From Torpedo marmorata (Eukaryota), in assembly GCA_977017645.1 (NCBI GenBank), contig OZ360238.1, positions 70,370,001-70,434,000 of the forward strand: a DNA stretch of 64,000 nucleotides, given 5' to 3'. This document shows positions 1 to 10,471 of this stretch, piece by piece (the stretch's first letter is position 1; each line of letters begins with the position of its first letter). The notes under the pieces are model-generated. The model had not been told where the DNA came from. It did not search any database and saw nothing but the letters and a program-made list of their open reading frames with translations. Position numbers and translations under genes: made by a program.

Positions 1-100
1 AATACACAAAAGTGCCAGAGAAACTCAGCAGGTCATGCAACGTTCTTTATGCAGCAAAGATATGTATCCAACATTTCGGCCTGAGCCCTTCATCAAGGTT
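1..100 (-). mobile_element. Penelope-like terminal repeat (pLTR) fragment with hammerhead-like core
   Basis: The reverse complement reads CTTGATGAAGGGCTCAGGCCGAAATGTTGG...GACCTGCTGAGTTTCTC, homologous to the 3' end of the GIY-YIG element at 16890-17697. Confidence 0.75.
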
Positions 101-127
101 CTTGATTTTTTGATTTTCCCAAGTTAC

Positions 128-183
128 CTAAATTTGGAGAAATCCATTAAATTGGAAAATAGCAAATGTAGTTCCTTTATTCA
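128..183 (+). mobile_element. Old CR1-type LINE RT fragment, left part, split by the Gypsy insertion
   Basis: Translates as PLNWKIANVVPLF, a CR1 RT N-terminal motif. Similar RT sequence resumes after 5713 (..GKLLEAII..). Confidence 0.6.
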
Positions 184-404
184 TGTGATGTTTCTTCTAT
201 TACAATAAAGAAACTTGGGTTATTTTTAAACAACTACATTTATTAACTAAAGCAAACAGCACTAAGAACAGAACACACACAGACAAGACCTCATGTGGAG
301 GCATCCATCTTGATTTGCCCAAGATGCAACACGATTCCCAAGATGCAACAGCTGCCACACAACTCATCTCCGACTCCTCCTAATGGTAGCACACTATCAT
401 TAGA
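184..404 (-). repeat. 3' LTR of Gypsy element 184-5712
   Basis: Near-identical to 5505-5712 and flanked internally by the PPT (minus strand TCAAGGAAAGGGGA). Confidence 0.92.
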
Positions 405-617
405 TCCCCTTTCCTTGAGATGTTTAATCTAACAACATGACACACTAATACAGTATTTTTTCAATTTAAAATTCAACACAAATGTAAACACAAACATCAG
501 CAGCACAAACTTTGAAGTGTGCAGTTCTTTTTCTTTTAGAGATTCAGTCTGTCAGGAGCTTTGATAACACGTATGGATCTTCTTAACACAGGAGCTTGTG
601 TCGCCTCTGCTGGTCCA

Positions 618-3600
618 CTACTGTCTAGCACTGGTGCTGTTTCCTGTTGCTGTGCAGGCTGAATCTTCTGAATCTGTCTGTTCCTGCAGTATCTCTTCCG
701 TTTTCAGAAGGCTCTTTCGATTCCTCCTCAGTATTTGACCATCCTCTGTTCTGACAGTTCCTCCAGAACAGTAGCCTTTTTGTCCCAAGTGTTGGAATCT
801 CTGTGTGTCATGTTGTGCCAGTGGCGCTAAGCTTCTCGTTGACTTGTCATAGTCTGCTTTTTGTCTCACTTGCAGACGCTTTTGTTTCCGTTTGACATCT
901 TCGACATCTCTGTTCTTGTTTGGGTCTGCAGAGTAGGGAAGTGTGGTGCGTAGTCTATGTTCCATGTTCAAGTGGCGAAGCTCTGTAACTCAATAGAGCT
1001 AGATACGGGTCTGAGCCACTGTCTAGTGCTTTCTTGAGCAACTGTTTAACTATGTGAACTCCTAAAGGTGGGGTCCTACAATGACTCCACCTACAAGCAA
1101 CGAGGTAGAACAGTTACTTCAACTGGGAAATGCACCCAAATTTATATCCAGAATGTACTTTGTGCTCCAAGGCGAAAGCCCTAAGCTGGGTATACATAGA
1201 TCGAGGGAGTGGTGGGAGTCGGGCCTGGGTATGACAATTCAGGAGATTTGCTGGTCAAGCTGGTGTCTGAATAGTATGAAGATGGTTATTACTGTTAGAG
1301 ACAGGTTGGTCCTGTATAATTTCTTGCACCAACTATACCTCACACCACAAAAGTTACACAAATCAAAATCCGAAATATCGGAAATGTGTTTCAGATGTGG
1401 TGGAGAAATTGGAACTTTCCTGCACTCCACTTGGTCCTGTGCAAAGGTAAGACCCTTTTGGCATGATATATCTAATACACTAACCAGAATTACGGGAGTA
1501 GCAGTTCCACTGGACCCGGAGTTGTACCTCTTAGGAAATATAATGGACATAAGCTACAAATGATCTAAATTCCAAATTCAATTCGTGCTGGTTGCTTTGT
1601 CCGTAGCAAAAAAATGCATAGCAGTCACTTGGAAGTCCGACTCCCCCCTTCTTATCACTCGATGGTCAGCAGAAATGTGCAGCTGTATTCCTATGGAGAA
1701 AATCACATATAATCTTAGGAATAAATATGATACACTTGTTAAGGTGTGGCAACCATACCTATAGTATATTGGTGTCCAGTTATAATTTAAGCCCTAAAGT
1801 ACAGTACAATGTAATGTATAAATATTGAATGGTGTGACATCTCAAAGAAGGATGAAAAATCAATGTAAGCACTGACAGTACGTTTAGTTTTTTTTCTTTT
1901 TCTTCTGTTTGTTTTACTTCTTTATGTTTTTTTTTCTTTTCAGTTGGGGGGAGGGAGGGAGAGTGTAATAATAATGCTGTGTATAATTGGAAATTGTATA
2001 TTTTTGGTTTATATTGTGAACTTTTATTGAAAATGAAAAATAAAATATTTTTTAAAAAACTATGTGAACTCCTTTCTCTGCTTTACCGTTTGACTGTGGA
2101 TGCAGAGGACCTGAAGTCACATGTTGAAAATCATACTCTTATGCAAAGTTCTAGAATTCTCTACAGCTGTAGCATGGTCCATTGTCACTGTAGACAATTT
2201 GAGGAATTCCATGTCTTGCAAAGATTGATTTCATATATTTGATCACACAAGCAGCAGACATGCTAGGAAGCAGCGCAATCTCCGGATAGTTTGATAGATA
2301 ATCAATAACCAGCAAGTAATTATTTCCATCCATGTAGAACAGATCAGTCACAACTTTCTGCCATGGTTCTGCTGGTAAGTCAGTTATTATGATGGGTTCC
2401 TTTGCCTGCTTTGCGTGATGTTTCAAACAGGTCTCACAGCTGGAAACTATTCTGTCAACGTCAGCGTTTACCCCTGGCCAATAAACAGCAGTTCTGGCCC
2501 TCCTCTTGTATTTTTCCATTCCAAGGTGCCCCTCATGCATGCTTTTCAGCATCTCTTGTCGCAGTGATTGAGGAATGACAATTCTGTTCTGTCTGAGTAG
2601 AAGCCCATTGACAACACTCAGCTCAGCTCTGATGTTGTAGTATGGCTGACATTCACCTCTAGGCCATCCTTCATTCAGATTCTTGATGACCTTCTGTAGA
2701 ACTGTGTCCTTTTCTGTTTCAGCTGCGATCTGCTTGAATTTCATGTCAGATACGGGAAGAGATTCAGTGATCAGATTCACGTGGAGATTCACATCTGTCT
2801 CTGTGGAACTCTCATTGTGTGCTTCACTCTGCGTCGTTGCCCTGGATAAAGCATCAGCTAACACAATAATTTTCCCTGGTGCGTACACCAATTCAAAGTC
2901 ATAACGTTATAGCTTCATCATCAGTCTTTGGATTCTCGGTGACATTTCACTGAGACTTTTCTTGATTATCGCTATTAATGGCTTGTGGTCTGTCTCTGCC
3001 ACAAATGTTGGTAGACCATACACATAACTGAAATTTCTCGAGTCCATAGACCAGACCTAGACACTCTTTCTCGATCTGTGCATATCGACATTCAGATGTT
3101 GTCATCGTCCTTGGTGCGTATGCTACTGGCTTCCAATCTTCTCCTACAGCCTGAAGTAGTACAGCACCTATTCCATCTTTTGAAGCATCCGTAGATATTT
3201 TCGTCCTTCTGGATGCATCAAAGAATGTCAAAAATACTGGTTCTGTAGTTAGAATGGTCTTCAGTCGTCCACATTCTTCCTCGTGGTTGTCTGTCCACTT
3301 GAATTCACATTTGTCCTGTAACAACTTCCTTAGGTACATTGTTTTGGATGACAGGTTTGGTATGAATTTACCAATGAAATTGATCATTCCCAGCACTCTC
3401 AATATGCCTTTTTTTTCAGTGGGTCTGAGCATCTCTAAAATTGCTTTCACCTTGCTCTTGTCTGGCTCCACACCTGCCTCTGACAGTTTATCTCCCAGAA
3501 AGGTGATTTCCTTCACACCAAACTGACATTTTTCTCTGTTTAACTTTAAGCCATATTTCTGGATGCGTTGTAGCACTTTGATGAGCCTTTTGTGTGTTGT

Positions 3601-4560
3601 TCTTGTGTGGATCCCCATAGGATCATGTCATCCATGTACACACGTACCCCATTTATGCCTTCTATGATGTGCTCCATTGTCCTGTGGAACACTTCCAGAG
3701 CTGAGGAAATTCCAAAAGGCATCCTCAGACAGGAGTATCAGCCAATTGGTGTATTAAATGTACAGTATTTTGTGCTATCAACATGCAGTTTTATTTGCTA
3801 GAAGCCCTGGGATGCATCCAATTTAGTGAAAAACTGCACCGGCCATCTCACTTGTAATTTCATCCCTGGTTGCAAGCTGATATGTTTTCTCTTTATATTG
3901 GCATTCAAGTCGTTTGGGTCCATGCACACGCGTAGGTCACCGTTCTTCTTTTTGACACACAACATTGAATTCACCCATTCTGTGGGCTCCTCCACTTTCT
4001 TTATGACCCCTAGTGCCCTCATTCGGTCGAGTTCCTGCTTGAGATTTTATTTTCGTGCCACTGGAACCCGGCCTTGGAGCATGCACTACTGGCTGTGCGT
4101 CCTCCTTTAACTGTATCTTATAGGTGAATGGTAGAACTCCAAACCCCTTGAAGATGTCTGGAAATTGATCCAGTATTTCCTCTACACTGTTCTGTGCATT
4201 GTCACTGTTAATGTGGTACACCCTCTTAACTAGGCTTAAGTTTTCACATGCTTTGTCACCAAGCAGTGAATAATGTCCATCTGGGACTACAATGAACCTG
4301 AGGTGGTGCTCTTTATCTTTAACTTTCACCTTGAGTTTATATGTACCTTTCGTGTCGATGCTCTGTCCATTGTAGGCTTTGAGCAGTGCAGGACTGCATG
4401 GATGTATGGCTTTATCTTCATTGCCCTGATGTTGCACTCACAGATCAAATTGACCTTTGCCCCTGTGTCCAGCTTGAAAGGAATATTTGTTCCATTTGTA
4501 TGCAATGACACAGTCCAGTTATCCTGCTCGACACTGTTCACTTCCTGCACTACCATGCCC
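618..4560 (-). pseudogene. pol: Gypsy pol pseudogene (PR-RT-RNaseH-INT), interrupted by an L1 at 1064-2057
   Basis: ORFs 3937-4437, 3798-4022, 2947-3618, 2151-2891 and 618-971 carry successive pol motifs (FKLDTGA, KLDASQGF, TDASKDGIGAVL, HEGHLG..C..C, SDNGP). Confidence 0.9.
1064..2057 (+). mobile_element. 5'-truncated L1-clade LINE inserted in the Gypsy integrase
   Basis: ORF 1081-1563 has the L1 ORF2 C-terminal motif CFRC..G TFLHSTWSC, followed by a 3' UTR and A-rich tail. 16-bp TSD AACTATGTGAACTCCT at 1048-1063 and 2058-2073. Confidence 0.93.
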
Positions 4561-5387
4561 ATGAAAAGTGTATCACTGAGAGCAGTTTCTTCTATAGTGT
4601 GTACACTTTTACGTCTGTCTTGTTTCCCTTTGGAAAAACATTGCTTTGCATAGTGATTCTGCCCTTTGCACTTATTACAGACTTTCCCATAAGCTGGGCA
4701 TTGTTTAGGCGCATGTTTAGTGCCACATCGTTTACAATTGAATGTCTCTCCATCTTTTTGTTGTTTCCTATATCTCATATTTTGTTTATGTGTGTGGACA
4801 TACACTGTGGCTACGACTATGCCTTAATTTTCACTGGCTTTTACACTATCACCAAACTTTTTCACGTGCTGCAGAGCTAATTCACTGGTATGGCATATCT
4901 TCACAGCTCCAGCTAAGGTAAGCTCTGTCTCATGCAGCAACCTCGCTCTCACTTTCTTATCATTAATTCCGAACACAATTTGATCACGGATCATTGAATT
5001 TTACAGCGGTCCGAAATTGCATGTTCTTGCTTTTAATTTTAAGTCTGTTGCAAAAGTATCTAAGCTCTCTCCCTGCAGCTGCGTGCACGAGAAAAACACG
5101 TACCTCTCGAAGGTTTCATTTTTCTTTGTTGAACAGTGTTCATCAAACATCTCGATAACCTTGTCGAATTTGCTCTGGTCTTCTGCCTCGGCGAAAACAA
5201 ATGTGTTGAAAACTTCTAGAGCTTTAGGTCCCACCATGGTAAGTAGCATTGCAATCTTCCGTGTATCCAGTTTGCTATCAATTCCAATGGCTTGCAGATA
5301 CAGCATGATTCTTTGTTTAAACAACCTCCACTCGTGGTCAACATTTCCAGTCCATTTTACACCATCAGGAGCTTTTAAACTCTCCAT
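4561..5387 (-). pseudogene. gag: Gypsy gag pseudogene
   Basis: N-terminus MESLKAPDGVKWTGNVDHEWRLFKQR (ORF 5001-5387) and two zinc knuckles CKRCGTKHAPKQC and CNKCKGQNHYAKQC (ORF 4326-4805). Confidence 0.88.
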
Positions 5388-5489
5388 ATTTTCTCTGCTG
5401 ATATCGACTGTTACTCACTATGCACACTCCTGGTGTTTCTTCCACTCCTGTGCACACTACTTGTGTTTCACCACTCCTAGCTGTTTCTT

Positions 5490-5504
5490 CCACTCCTGGT
5501 ACCA
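5490..5504 (-). promoter_or_regulatory. Primer-binding site complementary to the 3' end of tRNA-Leu(UAA)
   Basis: Plus strand CCACTCCTGGTACCA matches the 3' end of vertebrate tRNA-Leu(UAA) plus CCA (recalled, not searched). It directly abuts the 5' LTR. Confidence 0.8.
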
Positions 5505-5712
5505 TCTGATGTTTCTTCTACTACAATAAAGAAACTTGGGTTCTTTTTAAACAACTAAAGCAAACAGCACTAAGAACAGAACACACACAGACAAGACCTC
5601 ATGTGGAGGCATCTATCTTGATTCCCCCAAGATGCAACACGATTCCCAAGATGCAACAGCTGCCACACAACTCATCTCTGACTCCTCCTAGTGGTAGCAC
5701 ACTATCACTACA
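5505..5712 (-). repeat. 5' LTR of Gypsy element 184-5712
   Basis: Matches 184-404 and is followed by TSD ATTCA. Confidence 0.92.
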
Positions 5713-5905
5713 ATTCAAAATTTGTGTGAGACTGAAAACGGGTGTGAGACTGCCCAGTTAACTAATCATTTGTCACTGGGAAATTGTTAGAAGCTATTAT
5801 CAAAAGCATGACAGCAAGATACTGAGAAAAAAAATCAATATAATTATGCAAGATTAATGAGTTTTGTAAAAGGGAAATCACGATTGACCAAGTTATCAGA
5901 TTTCA
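5713..5905 (+). mobile_element. Old CR1-type LINE RT fragment, right part
   Basis: Degenerate ..GKLLEAII..FVKGKSRLT.. motifs continue the fragment at 128-183. Confidence 0.55.
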
Positions 5906-5974
5906 AGTTGTATCACCTCTGGGGCCCTCTCCTGCTTCTTTCCCCTATTATGCATGCAATTGTGCCTTTTTATT

Positions 5975-6100
5975 GAAGTCTTGATAAGGGGTTCCATAAG
6001 GACTGACCATTTTTACCCATGGATGCTGTCCGACCTGCTGAGTTTCTCTAGCAATTCTTTGTCTGCTCAAGATCTCGAGAATCTGCAATTTTTGTGTATC
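5975..6100 (+). mobile_element. Degenerate Penelope pLTR fragment
   Basis: Contains GATGCTGTCCGACCTGCTGAGTTTCTCTAGCA, shared with the other pLTR copies. Confidence 0.6.
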
Positions 6101-6748
6101 TCTACGTTTGTTAATTCACCACTTTATTGACACTGGCAGCACGTGCTGCATTTTAGACCATAATCCTGCTCCTTCTGTGACAAAGTAAAGGCACTTTAAT
6201 GAAGAATTGATCAAAAAATATTGCAGTAGGCATAATGGTGAGACAAAAGTGTTGCGATCATTGATCAATATAGGTCTACCGTGCAGGGGAATAGTGAACC
6301 AATTGGAAAAATGTAATTAGAGTGAACCATTTTGAAATAGCAAAGATTTATTTCCCCTAAACATATATTAAATTTATATATTGCTCAAAGGAACCAGTGG
6401 TAGAGAAACATTGATCATTGCCAACTGAAGATATCTTATGCGACACTGTTTAATTTAATGACTGTTGAACACTTTCTGCTGCCTTGTGGCATTCAGATAC
6501 ACCAAGCCACTGGCCTCAGAAAGTGCTAAACTGATTGTGACAGTTATCTTTGTGAAATCGGGCCAGTTACTTGTAACTGATTATGGCTTGTTTTCAGTCC
6601 TCCGCATAATATGTTAACATTTAACACAATTCTGAAAAAAAGTTATAAACTGCACCAACTCTGAAACAGCTAACCATCAATATCTAAATGCATTCGCTAT
6701 ATTATTTCACGAGGTTTTGAGTAATCTCGAGTTGTTAATGATGATCCA

Positions 6749-8538
6749 GACGGCGATCCAGACTGCTACAAGAAGTTCAGATACAAGCTGCGGAAGACTA
6801 TCCCAGCAACGAAGAAAAAATTCCGGAAGAAGCTAGAGATAGGGACAAATACACGCCAGCTATGGCAGGGATTGCAGGCCATTACATCTTACAAAGCGAG
6901 GGTGAACCCCATAGATGGCTGTAATGCTTCACTACCCGATGAGCTGAACACCTTCTATGCCCGCTTTGAGAAGAACTCAACAGTACCTATGAGAATCCCT
7001 GCAAAGGCTGAGGACCCAGTAATATCTGTTTCTGAGGCCAACATCAGAACATCATTCAAGAGGATTAACCCTCGCAAGGCGTCAGGCCCTAATGGCGTAC
7101 CTGGCAGGGTACTGAATATCTGTGCCAACTAACTAGCTTGAGTGTTCACAGACATTTTCAATATGTCACTGCTGCAGTCGGAGGATCCCACCTGCTTCAA
7201 AAGGACATCAATCATCATGGTGCCCAAGAAGAGCAGAGGGAGCTGCCTCATGACTATCACCCAGCAGCACTCACAAACTACTGTGATGAAATGCTTTGAG
7301 AGGTTGGTCATGGCCAGAATTAACACATACCTAAGTAAAGGTCTGGACCCACTGCATTTCACCTACCGTCACAATCGCTCCACAGCAGATGCAATATCAC
7401 TGGCCCTCCACTCAGCTCTGGATCACCTAGAAACCAGCAACGCATACGGCAGCTCTTCATCAACTACAGCTCAGCCTTCAGCACCAGTATTCCCTCAGTG
7501 CTGGTCAACAAGCTTCAACCCTTGGCCTTTGCACCCCACTCTGCAACTGGATCCTGGACTTCTTCTTGGGAAGACCACAGTCAGTACTAATTGGAAACAA
7601 TGTCTCCTCCTCACTGACGATCAACACAGGCGCACCTCAAGGATGCGTGCTTAGCCCACTGCTCTACTTACTCTACACCCATGACTGTGTGGCTAGGCAC
7701 AATTCAAATGCTATCTACAAATTTTCCGATGACAACACGGTTGTCAGCAGAATCACAAACGGCAATGAGGAAACGTACAGGATGGAGAGAGATCAGCTCG
7801 TTGAGTGGTGTCACACCAACAACCTTGCACTCAACGTTAGCAAAACCAAGGAGATGATTGTGGACTTTAGGAGGAAATCAGGAGAACACGATCCAGTCAT
7901 CATTGAGGGGTCAGCAGTGAAGATGGTCAAGAACTTCAAATTCCTGTGTGTCAACATCTCCGAGCCTGGAGCCTCCATGTTGATGGAATCACGATGAAGG
8001 CTCGCCAGCGGCTATACTTTGTGAGGAGTCTGAGGAGATTCGATAATCACCAAAGACTCACGAAAAGTTTTTTCAAGTGTACCGTGGATAGCATTCTGGC
8101 TGGTTGCATCACCGTCTGGTACAGAGGTGCCAACGCTCAGGACAAGAAAAACTCCAGAGGGTTATTAACTCGGCCTGCAACATTAAGGGCACCAGTCTTC
8201 ACTCCATCAAGGACATCTACAAGAGGCGAGGTCTTAAGAAAGCATCCTCTATCCTCAAGGACCCCCATCACCCAGGCCATGCCCTCTTCACTCTGCTACC
8301 ATCAGGAAAAAGGTACAGAAACCTGAAGACGAGCACTCAGTGGCACAAGGACAGCTTCTTCCCGTCTGCCATCGGATTCCTGAATGAATCATGAACCACA
8401 GACACTGCCTTTGATTTTTTTTTCTTGCGCTATTTTTATTTATTTTGTGATATAATATAATGTTTGCACTATGATGCTGCTGCAAAACAACAAATTTCAG
8501 GACACGTTCATGACAATAAATTCTGATTCTGATTCTGA
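6749..8538 (+). mobile_element. 5'-truncated Rex1/Babar-type LINE with a frameshifted RT
   Basis: ORF pieces [26 protein letters not shown] and KFSDD. Ends in AATAAA plus an (ATTCTG)3 tail. Confidence 0.9.
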
Positions 8539-8761
8539 AGCATCTAACTACAAAGACTTACATTTAATTCATACAATTTGGTGTATTTGGTGTCCCTCAG
8601 AAATATGTCCTGGTTTTAAATTTAGCATGAGAATGGTAATTATCTTTGACTTCACCTTCTATGCACCAAGAGTGGGATGACCAAATTTCACAGTGAAGCA
8701 ATGTAAAAAAACAGTTGTGTACCAATTCTCTTTGGTCAAATTCCTTTAGCACAGAGAGAAT

Positions 8762-9405
8762 ATATGGCAGAGACCTTAGGAGCATTGATATAGAGAGCGA
8801 CCTTGGAGTGCAGGTCCATAGCTCCCTAAAAGTGGTAACATAGGGAGATAGGGCAGTGAAGAAGGCATTTAGTATGCTTGTCTTCATAGGCTGATGCATT
8901 GAAGATAAGAATTGGGATGACTTGTTGAAGCTGTACAAAACATTGGTTAGACTACAATAAGATTATTGTTCTGGTCATCACACTGCAGGAAGAATGTGGT
9001 AGCAATAGAGACAGTGCTGATAAGATTCACCAGGACGTTGCCTGGAATGGAGAGCTGTAGATATAAGGAGAGCTTGGATAGGCTGAGGTTATTCTCATTG
9101 GAACCTAGGATGCTGTGGAGTGATCTTATAGAAGTTGAGAAAATTATGAGGGGAATAGATAGGATGGATAGTGAGAATCATTTTCCCAAGACTAGGACTA
9201 TAGGACCCAGGTGTGAGGGGAGAAATTTAAAGGTGATCTGAGGTATTTTTATTTGGAACAACCACAAATCTGAGGAGTTTATGAAGGCAGATACAATTAC
9301 AACATTTAAAGTGGATTTGGTCAGGTACTTGAATAGGAAAAGTGTAGAGGAATACAAGCCTAATACAGGCAAATGGGATTAGAATAGACAGGCATCATAA
9401 TTGGT
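8762..9405 (+). mobile_element. CR1 LINE 3' fragment
   Basis: FWSSHCRK..RFTRTLPGM..RLFSLE..DLIEVEKIMRGIDR is the CR1 ORF2 C-terminus. Confidence 0.85.
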
Positions 9406-9829
9406 GTTAAAATTACTTTGGACATCTTCAGAAATAATTAAATGAGAACTATTATTCAAATAAAATTAGTATTCTAAAAACTAAAACTAGAGAACCAGTA
9501 TTCAAATAAAACTTACCTAATATCCACTGACTTTGAAGCCACCTAAACTAGCGATTGGATGTGGGACATTCTGCATCACTGTAGCTATGCAGTGAAAAAC
9601 AATAAGTAAATGGTTTTGTTAATCAGTCCTGATTGAAACCCCCACAATGAGATCAGGGAAGGCATTAAGTGGCCATCTTCCATATTAATGCATGATTAAA
9701 GACATATCCCTGCCATTTAACACACAGTTCAGGACTAGTCCGCTTTGTCACCTATTATGCTGGCTATTTGTATATCCAGGCAAAAATCCCTCAGCATGGC
9801 AACAAAAGCAGTATATTTTGGGTGTCTGG

Positions 9830-10326
9830 TTCAGATTTCAGACATTGTCAGAGTACATACATGACATCACATACAACTTTGAGATTATTTTTCCTGTGGG
9901 CGAGGCAGAATTACCACTTATTGGTAGTGCAAAAAAAAACTGTACACAGTGTATACATGTAAACAAATGAAGAAATGTAAACAGATAACGAATGTAAACA
10001 AACCAACTGTGCAATACAGAGAGAATAAAAAAAATCAAAAAAGTGCACAAATAAGAATCCTTAAATGAGTCCCTGATTGAGTTTGTTGTTGAGGAGTCTG
10101 ATGGTGGAGGGGTAGCAGCTGTTCCTGAACCTGGCGATGCGAGTCTTGTGGCACCTATACCTCTTTCCTGATGGCAGCAGCGAGAACAGAGCGTGTGCTG
10201 GGTGGTGTGGATCCTTGATGATTGCTGCTGCTCTCCGACAGCAGTGTTCCCTGCAGATGTTCTTGATAGTGGGGAGGGTTCCTGGGCTGTGTCCAATACC
10301 TTTTTGGAGGGCTTTGTTTTGGGGCC
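9830..10326 (-). mobile_element. Rex1/Babar-type LINE 3' fragment (TCTGAAA tail family)
   Basis: Reverse complement of the element at 28211-28843; encodes [20 protein letters not shown]. Confidence 0.85.
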
Positions 10327-10471
10327 TGGATCATCAGACGAGACAAATGTATTTGAATATTCATAGGGGTTCGGCCTATGTCTGATAATATAGAGCTACA
10401 GGTTAAACGACGTTTGTTGTACAAACTACTTGAAATATCCTTCAAAGAGTAAAAGGATATCATCACTCCTA

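Larger units (their letters stand above)
184..5712 (-). mobile_element. Full-length but degenerate Gypsy/Ty3 LTR retrotransposon (gag-PR-RT-RH-INT)
   Basis: LTRs at 184-404 and 5505-5712; 5-bp TSD ATTCA at 179-183 and 5713-5717; polypurine tract next to the left LTR; tRNA-Leu PBS. ORF fragments carry zinc knuckles, LDTGA protease, YMDD RT, TDAS RNase H, and HHCC plus SDNG integrase, with many stops and frameshifts. Confidence 0.95.
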
